Shown: positions 35,981 through 49,548 of the stretch, piece by piece
Numbering within the stretch: the first letter of the stretch is position 1
Layout: each line of letters opens with the position of its first letter
Assembly: GCA_032718475.1 (NCBI GenBank)
Contig: JAUCBJ010006853.1
Span: 1 to 64,000, forward strand
DNA: 64,000 nucleotides
DNA from: Nemertoderma westbladi
Lineage: Eukaryota > Animalia > Xenacoelomorpha
Direction: 5' to 3'
Position numbers and translations under genes: made by a program
Notes under the pieces: generated by a model
Told to the model about the DNA's origin: nothing
The model's database searches: none
Seen by the model: the letters and a program-made list of their open reading frames with translations, nothing else

Positions 35981-37257
35981 GGGGTCCATGGTTCCAATGT
36001 TGGAGGCTTTCAGAGAAGTTAGTCCATGGATACGATGTTGGATGCTTTCAGACAAGGTGGGGTCCATGGTTCCGGGGATGGAGGTTTCCATACAAATTTC
36101 GCCCTTTATTGGGTTAGCCTGTGTAAAGTAAATACAACTACATTATTATATCTTCTTAACAAACAATAATAAAAATTCATTGTATTGTTAAATTATTGTT
36201 ACTTTTTATATACTTTTTATACTTTTTATACTATACCCCAAAATCGGGAAAAAATTAAATTTTAGTACATATTGACAGAGCATTGACGTAGAAAAGGTTT
36301 GCAAGTAATTTGAGCAAAATCCATTCAAAAACTCAAAAAGTTTTTGCAACTTTAGTGTCTGTGTGTTGTACTCCATATCGGAACTCAATATCCATTATTG
36401 GTTTATTCAGTTAAGTGGCTCTCTAGTTACGTAATAAATATTCGAGGACACTAAACTATTTTAACATTGAGTAAGGCAACATCGAGAGTTGAATAGTACA
36501 ATAATTTTAATCGCAGTAACTATGGAAGCAATATAGAAAAATACTCCAGTTAACAGTTCAATGTATTTTGTAACACTATATCGCTCTATGTTTTATAAAG
36601 AATTGAGCAACAAACAAATACCCATTTAAGATTAAAAGTACGTATTACATGGGAAAAAAACGTAGGACATTTCCTTTTCAATATTCTCTCGGCCCTTTAT
36701 TAACTTCGTTTACGCATGGTTAAGTAAAATGCAAAATAATGCAATTAAAATAATGAAAAAAAGTTTTAGTTTTTTTATCATGTTATAAATAATTATTATT
36801 GTTAAAAATTCAAAAAACTTTTTCACTGAAATCTGTTCCTTTATATGACAATAAATAAAAAATGCCTTACTGTTATCTATCGCTCATCCAAAATCACTTT
36901 ATTTAACAGGCGAACGCTACGATAAACTATATCTAAAGATGGGAAGGATAATAAAGTATATTTTTTAATGTACATTTATAATTTGAATTGTTATAATTAC
37001 CGAAATATAGTTTATATATATATATATATATCTATGTTTAATATATTAATGTCAAATTTAAATTGGTGTTAATTAACACCAAACATATAAGGTCTGCTAA
37101 ACGTAATTTAAATTAAATTGATTTGTCTCAAGCTGAGCAAAAGGTGGTGGACCTTTTTTGCAGTTCATGGTATGTTATGTTATCTTTAATTCAGGCCAAG
37201 GCCCATATACAATATTATAGTGACGCATAGATAAATAGCACAATATAGTGTAAGTAT

Positions 37258-38346
37258 GTGGGGCGAGCCACGAAGTGAGTGAGCCTTAGCGTAGTGGTAC
37301 CATTAATCAACCTGTCGTTCTGTCGTGTTCAATTTTAAACGTTAATAACTCGGCAAATCTTTGATGAAATCTATCCAAACTTGGTACACATGTTGTTTGG
37401 CAAAAGTTTAGAAATTTTCCAAGTAGAATTTCCGTGTGGCCTTCGAGAAGCTAAGATAATAGCAGTTAATTAGTTAATTAAGTTGATTACGGTAAAAACA
37501 CATTATACATTATACTTAAAAATTATACAGATGTAATCCACATACGCCATTCTATTATAGTTTTTAATTAGTTCAAGTGATTTGCTTTAATAATTGTGCC
37601 TTTAATTGATCTAAAGTAATTAAAACGTCATAAAAAATTGATTCTCATTAAATACTGCTCATTTATTGGCTAACATGCTGGTACGATGGAAGGATGTGTG
37701 TGTAAGGCAGCTAGTTGCTGGGAATGATTATTGGTCAAGTCTCTGCTGGTGTGGAGCTGGCTGGCTTGGAGTTGTGGCTGTAGACTAACCAGAGAGGAAT
37801 TGTAATAAGCAACCAGTATTGATATTCCAGCCCAGACAGCATTCTTTAAATCCAACATCCCAACATCCTTCCTGTATTGACTCTACTATAAGTGTTGTAT
37901 TGCTATCTCAGGTAAATGACAGATATAATAACATAAATACCATCCATAGCATGGGTGTTGTAGGCTTCTGAAATAGTTTATTCCACAATGTATATGTCTG
38001 GTTATTTTTTAATTGAATTTTTGCAAAGTAGTAAAATTAATGTTCTTAAAAATAATATTATTATTTTATATGTAACCTAGGAAATTAGCTACATTTTTTC
38101 GCTGCAGCTTTAAGAGTGTACATTGATTTAATATTATTTCAATACCCATATTACTACATCGGCATAAGATGCGTTGGCGTTGTATCACACATCTCCACAT
38201 ATCACACATCTCCACATAGATGTATCAACAGTTACTCGCACAGTTTCGAAACTTCGCATAGTTATAACTGTATAAATTTTGTTTTAATGTTTTAATTTGT
38301 ATCTCATAACTGGGCCTCGTGCTGCGCGAAGGCCCCACGAACGTGT
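37258..38346 (+). mobile_element. Helentron/DINE-like element (copy C, uninterrupted reference copy)
   Basis: Same 5' and 3' termini as copy A, and its first 360 bp or so are homologous to copy A. Confidence 0.75.
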
Positions 38347-38366
38347 ATAATATGTACTGTAGATAT

Positions 38367-38939
38367 TGTGAGCGTATTCAATTCCGCCTCACTAACCCCA
38401 TAAAGTGGGCGTTAAGCAATATTGGGAACACGAGGTTGATTACCAATATCAACCTCGTGTCACCCCAACAAAGTGCGAAGGATAAACCCCAAAGAACATA
38501 CGCACATTAGGGGTCAGGGGTTACACCCCTGAGAGAGAGAGAGAATAGCAAGGGCGAAGGGAAGCACTTCAGGGGAAGTAAAAGGGCGACAACAGGGTTA
38601 TTAGCCAATGGGGGGAAGGCACCGGCTGAGTAATGTAACTCAGCCAACCGTGCAATATATATTATCAGTTCAGTAATCATTTCATTCACTTAGTAAGTCA
38701 GTTAGTTAGGGTAGTAATGGAACTCCAATCATGTCTCCATCTACTGCTATACAATATATCATTTACCGGTACATTAAACACCATTTACTTCAACCATGCT
38801 GTAACCTATCATTGATTATACCCTTATGTCTATATGCATCGATCAACCAACAATCAAACTCTTTTTACATTACGCATGGCGGGGACTGTAGATTAGAAAC
38901 CAACCGGATAAATCGGGATCCTTGGTGGATCCCGTCACA
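38367..38939 (+). repeat. 5' LTR (573 bp)
   Basis: About 97% identical to 49191-49761 by manual comparison. Confidence 0.95.
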
Positions 38940-41611
38940 GTGATTAGATCCACAGCTACCCTAAAAGTAAAGGAAGAAACTGACTGTCAGCCACCGACCA
39001 AAGACCATAGATGAGTCGAACAGGAGAGACGACACCGCCGCGGACCCCGGACGGCCATCTAACGATCCGCGAGGCCGCGACGCGACGGTATGGACCCACG
39101 ACGCCAGACCCATCGGTAACGGGCGATCCAGCGATCCAAGATGAGGGGGGCCGTCTACAACCGGAGAGCGAGTCGAGAGAAGGAGGAGACGAGACGGGAG
39201 AGGAGAAAGACGAGTCGACACGGAGCAAGGGTCGACGTACAGATGTCGCCGGCCAGCCACAGGCTGAGGGCGACAGACTGCCCACCGGAACGGCGACGGT
39301 GGGGCCGACGGTACGACGCCAGACCCGGAGAGATAGAGGAGACGTTGGGGTCAGCGATTGACTTCGACGGGCCTACAACGCGACCCGGAAACTACTTAAG
39401 GAGGCCAAAGAGGGGGCCCAGATAAACAAGGTAAAGTTGAAGGAAAGACTAGGTGAGTCGAACGAACACTTTAACTACCTAATGCGTTTTAAGGCAGGAA
39501 GAACTAGCCAGCGAGAGAGCGAGAGGGGTGGCCAGCAAACTGCTTGAACTATGGGAATGTAGGGGTATGGTGCATAGTGTAGTGTACATAGGGCCATACT
39601 CAGTCGATGCCCAGGGAGTAAAATTAGTGGGTTGGAGGAGACCGCAGGAGGGCGAATCCGAGGTTAGCCCCGAGGATTCGGTCTCGTCGGTTGGAGGAAG
39701 TTCCGGGAGGCGGAGGAAAGTTGGTAGGACAGAGGGGCGGCGGGAGTCCGTCGCAAACGATAAGTCTGCTACATCCTCCGCAAAAGAAAGACGGATGCGG
39801 AAGATAAATCTGGCGCATAAATTAAGAGTGAAAGAATTATAGTGGATAATGAGGGGAGGGAAGGAGCAAGAGAGTGAACGCAAAGAGCGTGAGGCAAGAG
39901 AACAGAGCGTGCGGTACACGTACAGTACGTACAGTAGCCGTACGGGCCGGGGGGGTAATAGTAGTAGTACGTTAGGAAATGTTGGTATTAATAGTACCGT
40001 AGTAAATAACCCTAGTCCCTTTATTACAGGAAATGTTTTACCCAGTAATTTAAATTTAAATTCAAATAATAATATTAATTCAAATATTCAGAATAATTCA
40101 AATAATTCGAATAATAATTTAAATCTTGAAAATAATAATAATTTAAATAATTTAAATAATAATCCCGTATCAAATTCTAATAATTTAATTCATTTAACAA
40201 ATAATATTGGGAATGGTGCTATTAATGTGAACGTGTCAGACGTGCATAACCCCAACGGGGGCCTGGCAGGCCACGCAGTTAGTGCGCAGAGAGTGGCGGG
40301 GGCGAGAAACCCCGATGGGGGCCTGGTAGGCCACGTAGTTAGTAGGCAGGAAGTGGCGGGGTTGAGCCAACCCGACGGCGGCCTGGTAGGTCACGTAGTT
40401 GGTAGGCAGGAGGTGGCGGGGTTGAGCGACCCGAGGTGGGCCTGGTAGGCCACGCAGTAGTAGAGAGAGAGGCGGGGGTGAATAGACCCAGCCGTAGTAA
40501 AGACAGTGCGTCGACTAGAGAGGGGTGTAGAGACGAAGTAAGAGGTAGTGGCGTGATATGTGGCGAGTGGGGGGGGGGGGGGGGGGCTACAGGAGCCCCA
40601 CCACGAAAGATTAGTGGCGAGAGAAGGGGGGTAGAGAGTGTCCGACAAGAGGAACGCAAAAGTGTAGTAAGAGATAGTGAAGTTAGAAGTGGCGGGTGGG
40701 GGGGGGGGGGGGCTACGGGCGCCCCACCACGACAGATTAGTAGCGAGAGGGGGGGGGGGTGGTGGGGGCTACGGGCGCCCCACCACGAGAGATTAGTAGC
40801 GAGAGGGGGGGGGGGGGGGGGCAGAGAGTGTCCCACAGGCGTCGGCGGATAATGCGCGGGCCGAGCTAGGTAAACTGCAACACCCGGCGATGGAGAGTAA
40901 TAGGGGGATTGCGAATATCCCCAGCGGCATGCGATCGAGCAGAGAGAGGCAGGTTGACTTCGCGAGTGGGCGGACGAAGCGTTGAGCCCGATCAGAAGAG
41001 GAAAGAAGAACAGTGGAGTTTAACTGGGAGGTCGACGAGAGATCTCACGAGCGGGAATACTGCACTGATAAGAGAAGAAGAGAAGATAGTAGAAGAAGTG
41101 TCGCCACGAACGATAGGAGTGCGAGGATGGATAGCGGACCGTCGATAGTAGAGATGGAGTTAGGGAGTCAGTGGGGTCGAACTTCGGGAGATTGCCGTCA
41201 CCCCGGAGAAACGCACCGCACGCCAAGAGAGGGGTACAGGACGTACCGATACAAAGTCGAGAACAGGAGAGGGGATCGAAGCGAAGATTCCCGACGGGAT
41301 ATAGCTGCCGATCGAGAGTGCGGTAGTCGCAGGGAGATTCGAGATTCAAGAAGAATTAACTTTGATTCGGAAGGGCACATGCAGACTGCAGGACATACTG
41401 TAGGCCTTACTGCACATACCATTATAGGCCATGCTGGGAGAGATAGAGTAGGCAATAGGGTAGCGCGAATGACGGAATTAAACCCGGAAGCCGCGGAGTA
41501 CATACCGGTAGGTAGGCTGGAAGTGGGTAGGCCTATATCGGTACAGCAGCATGACTATAATATACAGGGACATAACATATATCCAGGGGAGGGGAGAGTT
41601 ATTGGAGATAG

Positions 41612-44600
41612 ATGTATGGGCCCCAATATATTAACATCAACCCCAGTACCAAACATACCGGTGGGGTGGGACAGGGTGACATTCCCCCATCACAATATCA
41701 ACAATATACCCCAATAGGAGCGAGAACATCGAACCCCTTGGACGAGAACAGATCGTGCGACACGGAAATATGGAAGGGGCCGTTACCCCCAATGATATAT
41801 CCGACGCAACAAGCCAAGTCAACAGATAGGACGAACGGAGCGCACCCAACAGGAGAAACTACACAACATCCATCAAACCCATTAGAAGCGCAAGCGATGG
41901 GAATGGCTACATTAATCGATGCGTTAAAAACTAGGATCGAGTTACCACCCGTGGAACCGTTTAAATTCGATGGGAGTAGGCCGGAAGAATACCTACAGTT
42001 TTGGCGCATGTATAGTAATGAAATACTAACAAAGAACTTGACGCAGGCGGAGTGCCTAAAATATCTGCAAGTATATACAGGAGGCCCAGCATACGACATC
42101 GTGAGGCAATACCAGGGCATCGAGGGCGGCTTCACAACAGCATGGCGGGCGCTAGATAGGGAATACGGACACCCGGCCAAGATCATCCAGCAAACCCTGA
42201 GAGGCATAACATCGGATGGCCTACAGGATAATCCCATTAGCATAAGGACCTTTGCGAACAAGGTCGAGAAGGCGTTAATCGTGTTAAAGACGCTAGACGC
42301 ACTGTTCGCGCTTTTAGACTTTTAGCAGTTTAACTCGCCAATTTTAGGTGTCTTCTAATTTATAAATCGACTTTAGCCTACGACAATTAATTATTATACT
42401 GAAATAACATTAGCCGAAGCCAGTCTATGCGCGACCATTCACCCACTGTTAAGGGAGACTGGATTCGGATGCTTTGACTTATTATTGCGTTGTAGACCTA
42501 CTGTATTATTCGATTGATCGTTACTATATAATCTCTGACAATATATTCACTTTCGGGGAAATATTAACAGTTCCTTTAGGACGTGGTGCTTTAAGTATAA
42601 AACAGAGTTATGACTTATACTAATCACAACTAGATGTCTATTGATTTACATAAAAGGCGCATTCTTTAGGAGATGCTTTATTACCAGTCACATCACCGCA
42701 CACAACTTCACACTGCTTCACACTGATCTGCCACAGTTACTGAATTTGATCATATATAAGGAAGATAGCAACTGACACCTGTAGGGATTATGAAATAGCA
42801 TTTAATTCACACAAAACCCACTATAATGTAAGTCGCAATTGCTACCGGTAACCTGTCCTCTAACCTTCAGTAATCAAGAAGATTGGGGTTTTTTGGGTTC
42901 TTTATCGGTATTCTTCAAATACAACAATATATCCATCAACAGATATAACCATTAATAACAGACAGTAAAATAATGCAGTATGTAGTAAGATGATAAGTTG
43001 CGTTGATATGTAGTCAGTCAGTTGGTTTGTTGGTTTGTTTGGTAATAGTTTATGTTTCGATAATCAAAGGCATCTAATGTTCTGGCCAAAGTCTGAAACT
43101 TCTACAGAAGTACAGAAGAATCCTAAGCCGGTGTTCTGGCTTAGAAAAGATAAACACAACTACTACTGACATACACAGACTTGCTCGGTTTACATAACTC
43201 TTTTCCAAGAAAAATGAAAATCGCTCTGATTGGCTGAGCCGAACAAAGAACCCAGAGAACAAGGGAAAGTTCCACGTCAGCAAATCAGCTGGTAGATGTC
43301 GTCATCTTTAGAGTATTTAAGCGCATTGCGGAGAAAATTGCTTGTTATGTCCGCTAAAGCACACATGCAGACATAGCGGGTAAAAATGGCTTTTTATGTC
43401 CGCTAAAACACCTACACGGAATATTGCGGAGAAAAATGGCTTGCTATATCCGCAAAAGCTTTTACACGCACCATACGAACTGAACGCGTCTAACAACATC
43501 ACCACGATAGCGCAGGCACTGCCGATCTGGTTACAAAGGAAGTGGAGAAAAATTGCTTTCTCCATACGGGAAAAGAAGGGTGCGGAACCGGGCCTAGAAG
43601 AGATGTCGAGCTTCCTCAACTACGAAGCCGAATTAATAACAATTCCAGTCTATAGCGAGGATAGTTTGGGGAAGGCGCCAAAGATCGAATACAACAGACC
43701 TAAACCCGAACATAATCCGACAGACCCATTCTCGGGAGTGGGACAGTCACTACCACATGCAGCCACACAGGGGACTGTTAGTCCACAGTTAGCTGTTAGT
43801 AGGGCCACACCGTGGCAGGGACAGAAAGAAAATAACACCACAAATAAACACAATCCCAATATACCCAGTAGGCCGAGTACAGACAACCAAAACACTAAAT
43901 CGGTACATATAAACCTACGCGCGATATGTGAAGGACTATACAGGGAACGCTATAATCCAGGATTCGAATGTCAATTACATCGGGACGGAACACATAAGAC
44001 CATGAGTTGTAAGCACTGGCAAGCTTTGCCCAAACAAGATCGTGTAGCCTACACAGACGCAAACGGACTATGTCATCAATGTGTGGTAGAAGGACACAGA
44101 TCCGGAGAGTGTAGAGAAACAGCAGCAAGAGAGGAGGAAACTGGAGGCCAAGCAACAGCTACAAGCACGACAGAAGAGGAGAAGAAGAGAAAAGTACTAC
44201 TCAGGGTAGTACCAGTGAAGATATCAGGAAAGGGCGGTCGATCAGTAACGACATTAATGCTGGTCGACAGCGGAGCAGCCTTCACGCTGGTGGGTGGAGA
44301 ACTGGGTGGCCGAAGAGATAGGGCTAAAGACGAGGCCGAATAGAATGGCGGTAACTACCGTCTCAAGTAAGGATGAGGTACTGGAGACGAGGACGGGGCG
44401 GTGCAGGATAGCAGCGATTGCACCAGGATGCGACTATGGGGCGACGATCGACCACATCCACGTCATAGAATCGATAAACATCAACGCCAGGCAACCAACC
44501 AACATTGAGGTCGAGCAGTATAGATTCCTGGACGGTATCGATTTCTCAATAACAAAGGTGGATGTTAGAAAGGTGTCCATTATAGTAGGAATGGACTGCC

Positions 44601-45325
44601 CGACGGCCCACGAGAGAACACAGACGGTCTTCGGCGAAGACAGGCAGCGGGACCCGACGGCGATCCTCACGCCATTTGGATGGACACTTAGCGGCCCAGT
44701 TAAAACCAAGATCCCATGCAGTGTGACAGAGACATCAGGGTGCATGTTACCAGGCACCGTAGACACTGCGGACGAAGATAAGAAACCGGAGGAGATAGTA
44801 GAGCCAAACAGGGAAGTAGAAGTAAGAGAGTGGGCGGAGGAGAATGGATTTCCCAGCAAGTATCTGTATGGGGATGGAGAGGAGCGGACGGCGAGATGTC
44901 CGGAGGACAACACTCCAGAGGAGTATCCGGTGGAGTGTCAGGACGACAATAGTCCGGAGGAGTGTCCAGAGGAGTATCCGGAAGAGACGCCAGTCCGGTT
45001 GAGAGGCATACCGACAAGGGGGAAGTCGAGAAGGAAGACAGGATGGAAAGGGATAGGATTACTATTGTACCTTCTGTTTTGCCTGTTCTTTCACTTTCTT
45101 TTCATTCTGCCGCCGGGAGATAACAAGGAGGGAGGTGGCATTTTGATGCCAGGAGACGAGATAGTTAAGAAGGTGGTGGAGAGACCCGATTTTAGGGTGG
45201 CGGAAGAGGGAGAACCAATTCCTGGTCAGTTGGAATTGGCGAAGAAAGTGTGGCGAAGAGTAAGAGGACGTATAGGAGGGCAGTGGGAGAGTGCCTACTG
45301 GAAGAAGGGGCACCTTAGAGTTTAG
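41612..45325 (+). pseudogene. gag: BEL Gag (DUF1759-like capsid, Cys/His knuckles) plus aspartic protease; interrupted by an insertion and a frameshift near 44294
   Basis: LPPVEPFKFDGSRPEEYLQFW, LKYLQVYTGGPA, AWRALDREYG, CHQCVVEGHRSGEC, LVDSGAAFTLV, AILTPFGWTLSGP. Removing 42303-43471 restores the frame (LDAPYEL). Confidence 0.88.
42303..43466. mobile_element. 1164-bp TG...CA insertion in gag (solo LTR or TG-CA DNA element)
   Basis: 5-bp TSD CGCAC (42298-42302 and 43467-43471). AT-rich and non-coding, with short direct repeats near the right end. Confidence 0.8.
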
Positions 45326-45334
45326 TCGTCCAAT

Positions 45335-48300
45335 GTTTTGGACTGAGGGGGGTGGGAATGAGGGCGAGACGCCTTTCCCACATATAAATAATTATTTAAT
45401 TAAAAATAAATAATAAAAATAATTAAATAATAGTTAGAAGAGATAGTAAGTAGTAGTCAGGAGATAAGTTAGTAGAAGTTAGTAGAGTTAGAAGGCGGCG
45501 GGGTAAGGGAGTGTGGCATATTGTCATGCCACGAGTAGTAGTAGGGGGGTTGTGGGCACCGGAAGCGCCACGTAGATAGAGGTGGTAGTGGAGGTGGAGA
45601 GTTAGAGGTAGTAGAGTAGTAGAGAGGGCACATAGGGTGCCAGGTAGTAGAGTTAGAGAGTTAGAGGTAGTAGGGTAGTAGAGAGGGCACATAGGGTGCC
45701 AGGTAGTAGAGTTAGAGGTAGTAGAGTAGTAGAGACGGACACATAGGGTGCCAGATAGTAGAGAGGTTGTGGGCACCGGAAGCGCCACGTAGATGGAAGT
45801 AGTGGTAGAGTGGTTGTGGGCACCGCAAGCGCCACGTAGATAGAGGTAGTAACAGAGTGGTTGTGGGCACCGCAAGCGCCACGTAGAGAGTAGAAAGGGG
45901 TAGACTAAGTAGAGTTAGAGTTAGTAGAGAGTTAGAGGGTTTTAGTTAGAGTTAGTAGTAGAGTGGTTGTGGGCACCGCAAGCGCCACATAGATGGAGGT
46001 AGTAGCAGAGGGTTGTGGGCACCATAAGCGCCGCGTAGTAGAAGAGTTGGTAAGAATTAGAGAGAGTTAGTAGAAGTAAAGAGTTAGTAGAAGTTAGTTA
46101 GACTTAGTAGAGCTAGTTAGAGTCGGAGAGTTAGTGGAGTAGTAAGAGAGTTAGATTGTTAGCAAGTAAGTTGTAGGTAGATAGTATGATAGCACAGGGG
46201 TAGCATTAGAGATTAGGGCCTTAGGGAGTGGTAGAGAGTAGAGAGGAGTATGGAGAGAAGTTAGAGTGCGATTCAGGTGTGGGGAGAGAGTAAGAGTGGG
46301 GAGAGAGTAAGAGCGGAGTTAGAGTGAGAGATTAGAGTTAGAGTGGAGAGCTTTTAAAATTGTGTGAGAGTCCACAATTGGCTCAACACAAGACGTCAGA
46401 TGGGTAGCGTTATCATACCCATAGGGAGCGGCCTGGAAAGCCGACTCCAAGAAAATAACTCCACCCCACACCCGATAGTAGATCGAGTTTCCAGCGGAAT
46501 TGTAGCGCACTTAGTGGTTGATGCTATCTTCTCACCAGGAAGATAGCATTGGGGGGAGTGTGAGCGTATTCAATTCTGCCTCACTAACCCCATAAAGTCG
46601 GCGTTAAGCAATATTGGGAACACGAGGTTGATTACCAATATCAACCTCGTGTCACCCCAACAAAGTGGGAAGGAGAAACCCCCAAGAACATACGCACAAT
46701 AGGGGTCAGGGGTTACACCCCTGAGAGAGAGAGAATAGCAAGGGCGAAGGGAAGCACTTCAGGAGAAGTAAAAGGGTGACAACAGGGTTATTAGCCAATG
46801 GGGGGAAGGCACCGGCTGAGTAATGTAACTCGGCCAACCGTGCAATATATATTATCAGTTCAGTAATCATTTCATTCACTTAGTAAGTCAGTTAGTTAGG
46901 GTAGTAACGGAACTCTTTTTTTGGACTGAGGGGGGTGGGAATGAGGGCGAGACGCCCTTCCCGCAAGAAAATAATTATTTAATTAAAAACATATAATAAA
47001 ATAATTAAATAATAAATAGTTAGTAGCAGAAAGTTAGAAGTTAGTAAGAAGAGATAGTAAGTAGTAGTTAGAAGATAGTAGAAGTAGGTTAGAAGGCGGC
47101 GGGTAAGGGAGTGTGGCATATTGCCATGCCACGAGTAGTAGTAGGGGGGTTGTGGGCACCATAAGCGCCACATAGAAGGAGAGTAGAGAGTTAGTAGAAG
47201 TAGAGTATTAGTAGCAGAGTAGAAGTAGTAGTAGAGTGGGTGTGGGCACCGTAAGCGCCACGTAGAGGGAAGTAGTAGTAGAATGGTTGTGGGCACCACA
47301 AGCGCCACGTAGATAAAGGTGGTAGCAGAGTTAGAGGTAGTAATAGGGTAAGAGTTAGTAGACTTAGCAGAGAGTAGAGTTAGTGGTTAGTAGAGTTAGA
47401 GCTAGAGTTAGTTAGACTTAGTAGAGTTAGTTAGAGTCGGAGAGTTAGTAGAGAGTAAGAGAGTTAGATAATTAGCAAGTGAGTAGGAGGTAGATAATAT
47501 GATAGCACCGGGGTAGCATTAGAGATTAGGGCCTTAGGGAGTGGTTGAGAGTAGAGAGGAGTATGGAGAGAAGTTAGAGTGTGATTCAGGTGTGGGGAGA
47601 GAGTAAGAGTGGGGAGAGAGTAAGAGCGGAGTTAGAGTGAGAGATTAGAGTTAGAGTGGAGAGCTTTTAAAATTGTGTGAGAGTCCACAATTGGCTCGAC
47701 ACGAGACGTCAGATGGGTAGCTTTATCATACCCATAGGGAGCGGCCTGGAAAGCCGACTCCAAGAAAATAACTCCACCCCACACCCGATAGTAGATCGAG
47801 TTTCCAGCGGAATTGTAGCGCACTTAGTGGTTGATGCTATCTTCTCACCAGGAAGATAGCATGGGGGGGAGTGTGAGCGTATTCAATTCCGCCTCACTAA
47901 CCCCATAAAATGGGCGTTAAGCAATATTGGGAACACGAGGTTGATTACCAATATCAACCTCGTGTCACCCCAACAAAGTGGGAAGGAGAAACCCCAAAGA
48001 ACATACGCACAATAGGGGTCAGGGGTTACACCCCTGAGAGAGAGAGAATAGCAAGGGCGAAGGGAAGCACTTCAGGGGAAGTAAAAGGGCGACAACAGGG
48101 TTATTAGCCAATGGGGGGAAGGCACCGGCTGAGTAATGTAACTCGGCCAACCGTGCAATATATATTATCAGTTCAGTAAATCATTTCATTCACTTAGTAA
48201 GTCAGTTAGTTAGGGTAGTAACGGAACTCTTTTTTTGGACTGAGGGGGGTGGGAATGAGGGCGAGACGCCCTTCCCGCAAGAAAATAATTATTTAATTAA

Positions 48301-49548
48301 AAACATATAATAAAATAATAAAATAATAAATAGTTAGTAGAAGAAAGTTAGAAGTTAGTAAGAAGAGATAGTAAGTAGAAGTTAGAAGAGAGTAGAAGTA
48401 GGTTAGAAGGCGGCGGGTAAGGGAGTGTGGCATATTGCCATGCCACGAGTAGTAGTAGGGGGGTTGTGGGCACCGTAAGCGCCACATAGAAGGAGAGTAG
48501 AGAGAGTTAGTAGAAGTAGAGAGTTAGTAGCAGAGTAGAAGTAGTAGTAGAGTTGTTGTGGGCACTGCAAGCGCCACGTAGAGGGAAGTAGTAGTAGAAT
48601 GATTGTGGGCACCACAAGCGCCACGTAGATAAAGGTGGTAGCAGAGTTAGAGGTAGTAATAGGGTAAGAGTTAGTAGACTTAGCAGAGAGTAGAGTTAGT
48701 GGTTAGTAGAGTTAGAGCTAGAGTTAGTTAGACTTAGTAGAGTTAGTTAGAGTCAGAGAGTTAGTAGAGAGTAAGAGAGTTAGATAGTTAGCAAGTGAGT
48801 AGGAGGTAGACAATATGATAGCACAGGGGTAGCATTAGAGATTAGGGCCTTAGGGAGTAGTGGTAGAGAGTAGAGAGGAGTATGGAGAGAAGTTAGAGTG
48901 CGATTCAGGTGTGGGGAGAGAGTAAGAGTGGGGAGAGAGTAAGAGCGGAGTTAGAGTGAGAGATTAGAGTTAGAGTGGAGAGCTTTTAAAATTGTGTGAG
49001 AGTCCACAATTGGCTCGACACGAGACGTCAGATGGGTAGCGTTATCATACCCATAGGGAGCGGCCTGGAAAGCCGACTCCAAGAAAATAACTCCACCCCA
49101 CACCCGATAGTAGATCGAGTTTCCAGCGGAATTGTAGCGCACTTAGTGGTTGATGCTATCTTCTCACCGGGAAGATAGCATGGGGGGGAGTGTGAGCGTA
49201 TTCAATTCCGCCTCACTAACCCCATAAAGTGGGCGTTAAGCAATATTGGGAACACGAGGTTGATTACCAATATCAACCTCGTGTCACCCCAACAAAGTGG
49301 GAAGGAGAAACCCCAAATAACATACGCACAATAGGGGTCAGGGGTTACACCCCCGAGAGAGAGAGAATAGCAAGGGCGAAGGGAAGCACTTCAGGGGAAG
49401 TAAAAGGGCGACAACAGGGTTATTAGCCAATGGGGGGAAGGAACCGGCTGAGTAATGTAACTCGGCCAACCGTGCAATATATATTATCAGTTCAGTAATC
49501 ATTTCATTCACTTAGTAAGTCAGTTAGTTAGGGTAGTAACGGAACTCT
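45335..49548 (+). repeat. Three tandem units of [purine-rich 3' UTR + PPT + first about 358 bp of the LTR]
   Basis: LTR starts at 46559, 47872 and 49191. The two internal LTRs break at GGAACTCT and rejoin TTTTTGGACTGAGGGG. Confidence 0.93.

Noticed and set aside
38940-38965. tRNA primer-binding site of the BEL element
   Set aside because: The sequence after the LTR (GTGATTAGATCCACAGC) lacks a clear TGG start, so no tRNA could be assigned.
46319-49426. Repeated 60-65 aa ORFs (MRYNSAG..., MRVHNW..., MGVKQY...)
   Set aside because: They recur only because of the tandem UTR-LTR duplication and show no protein features.
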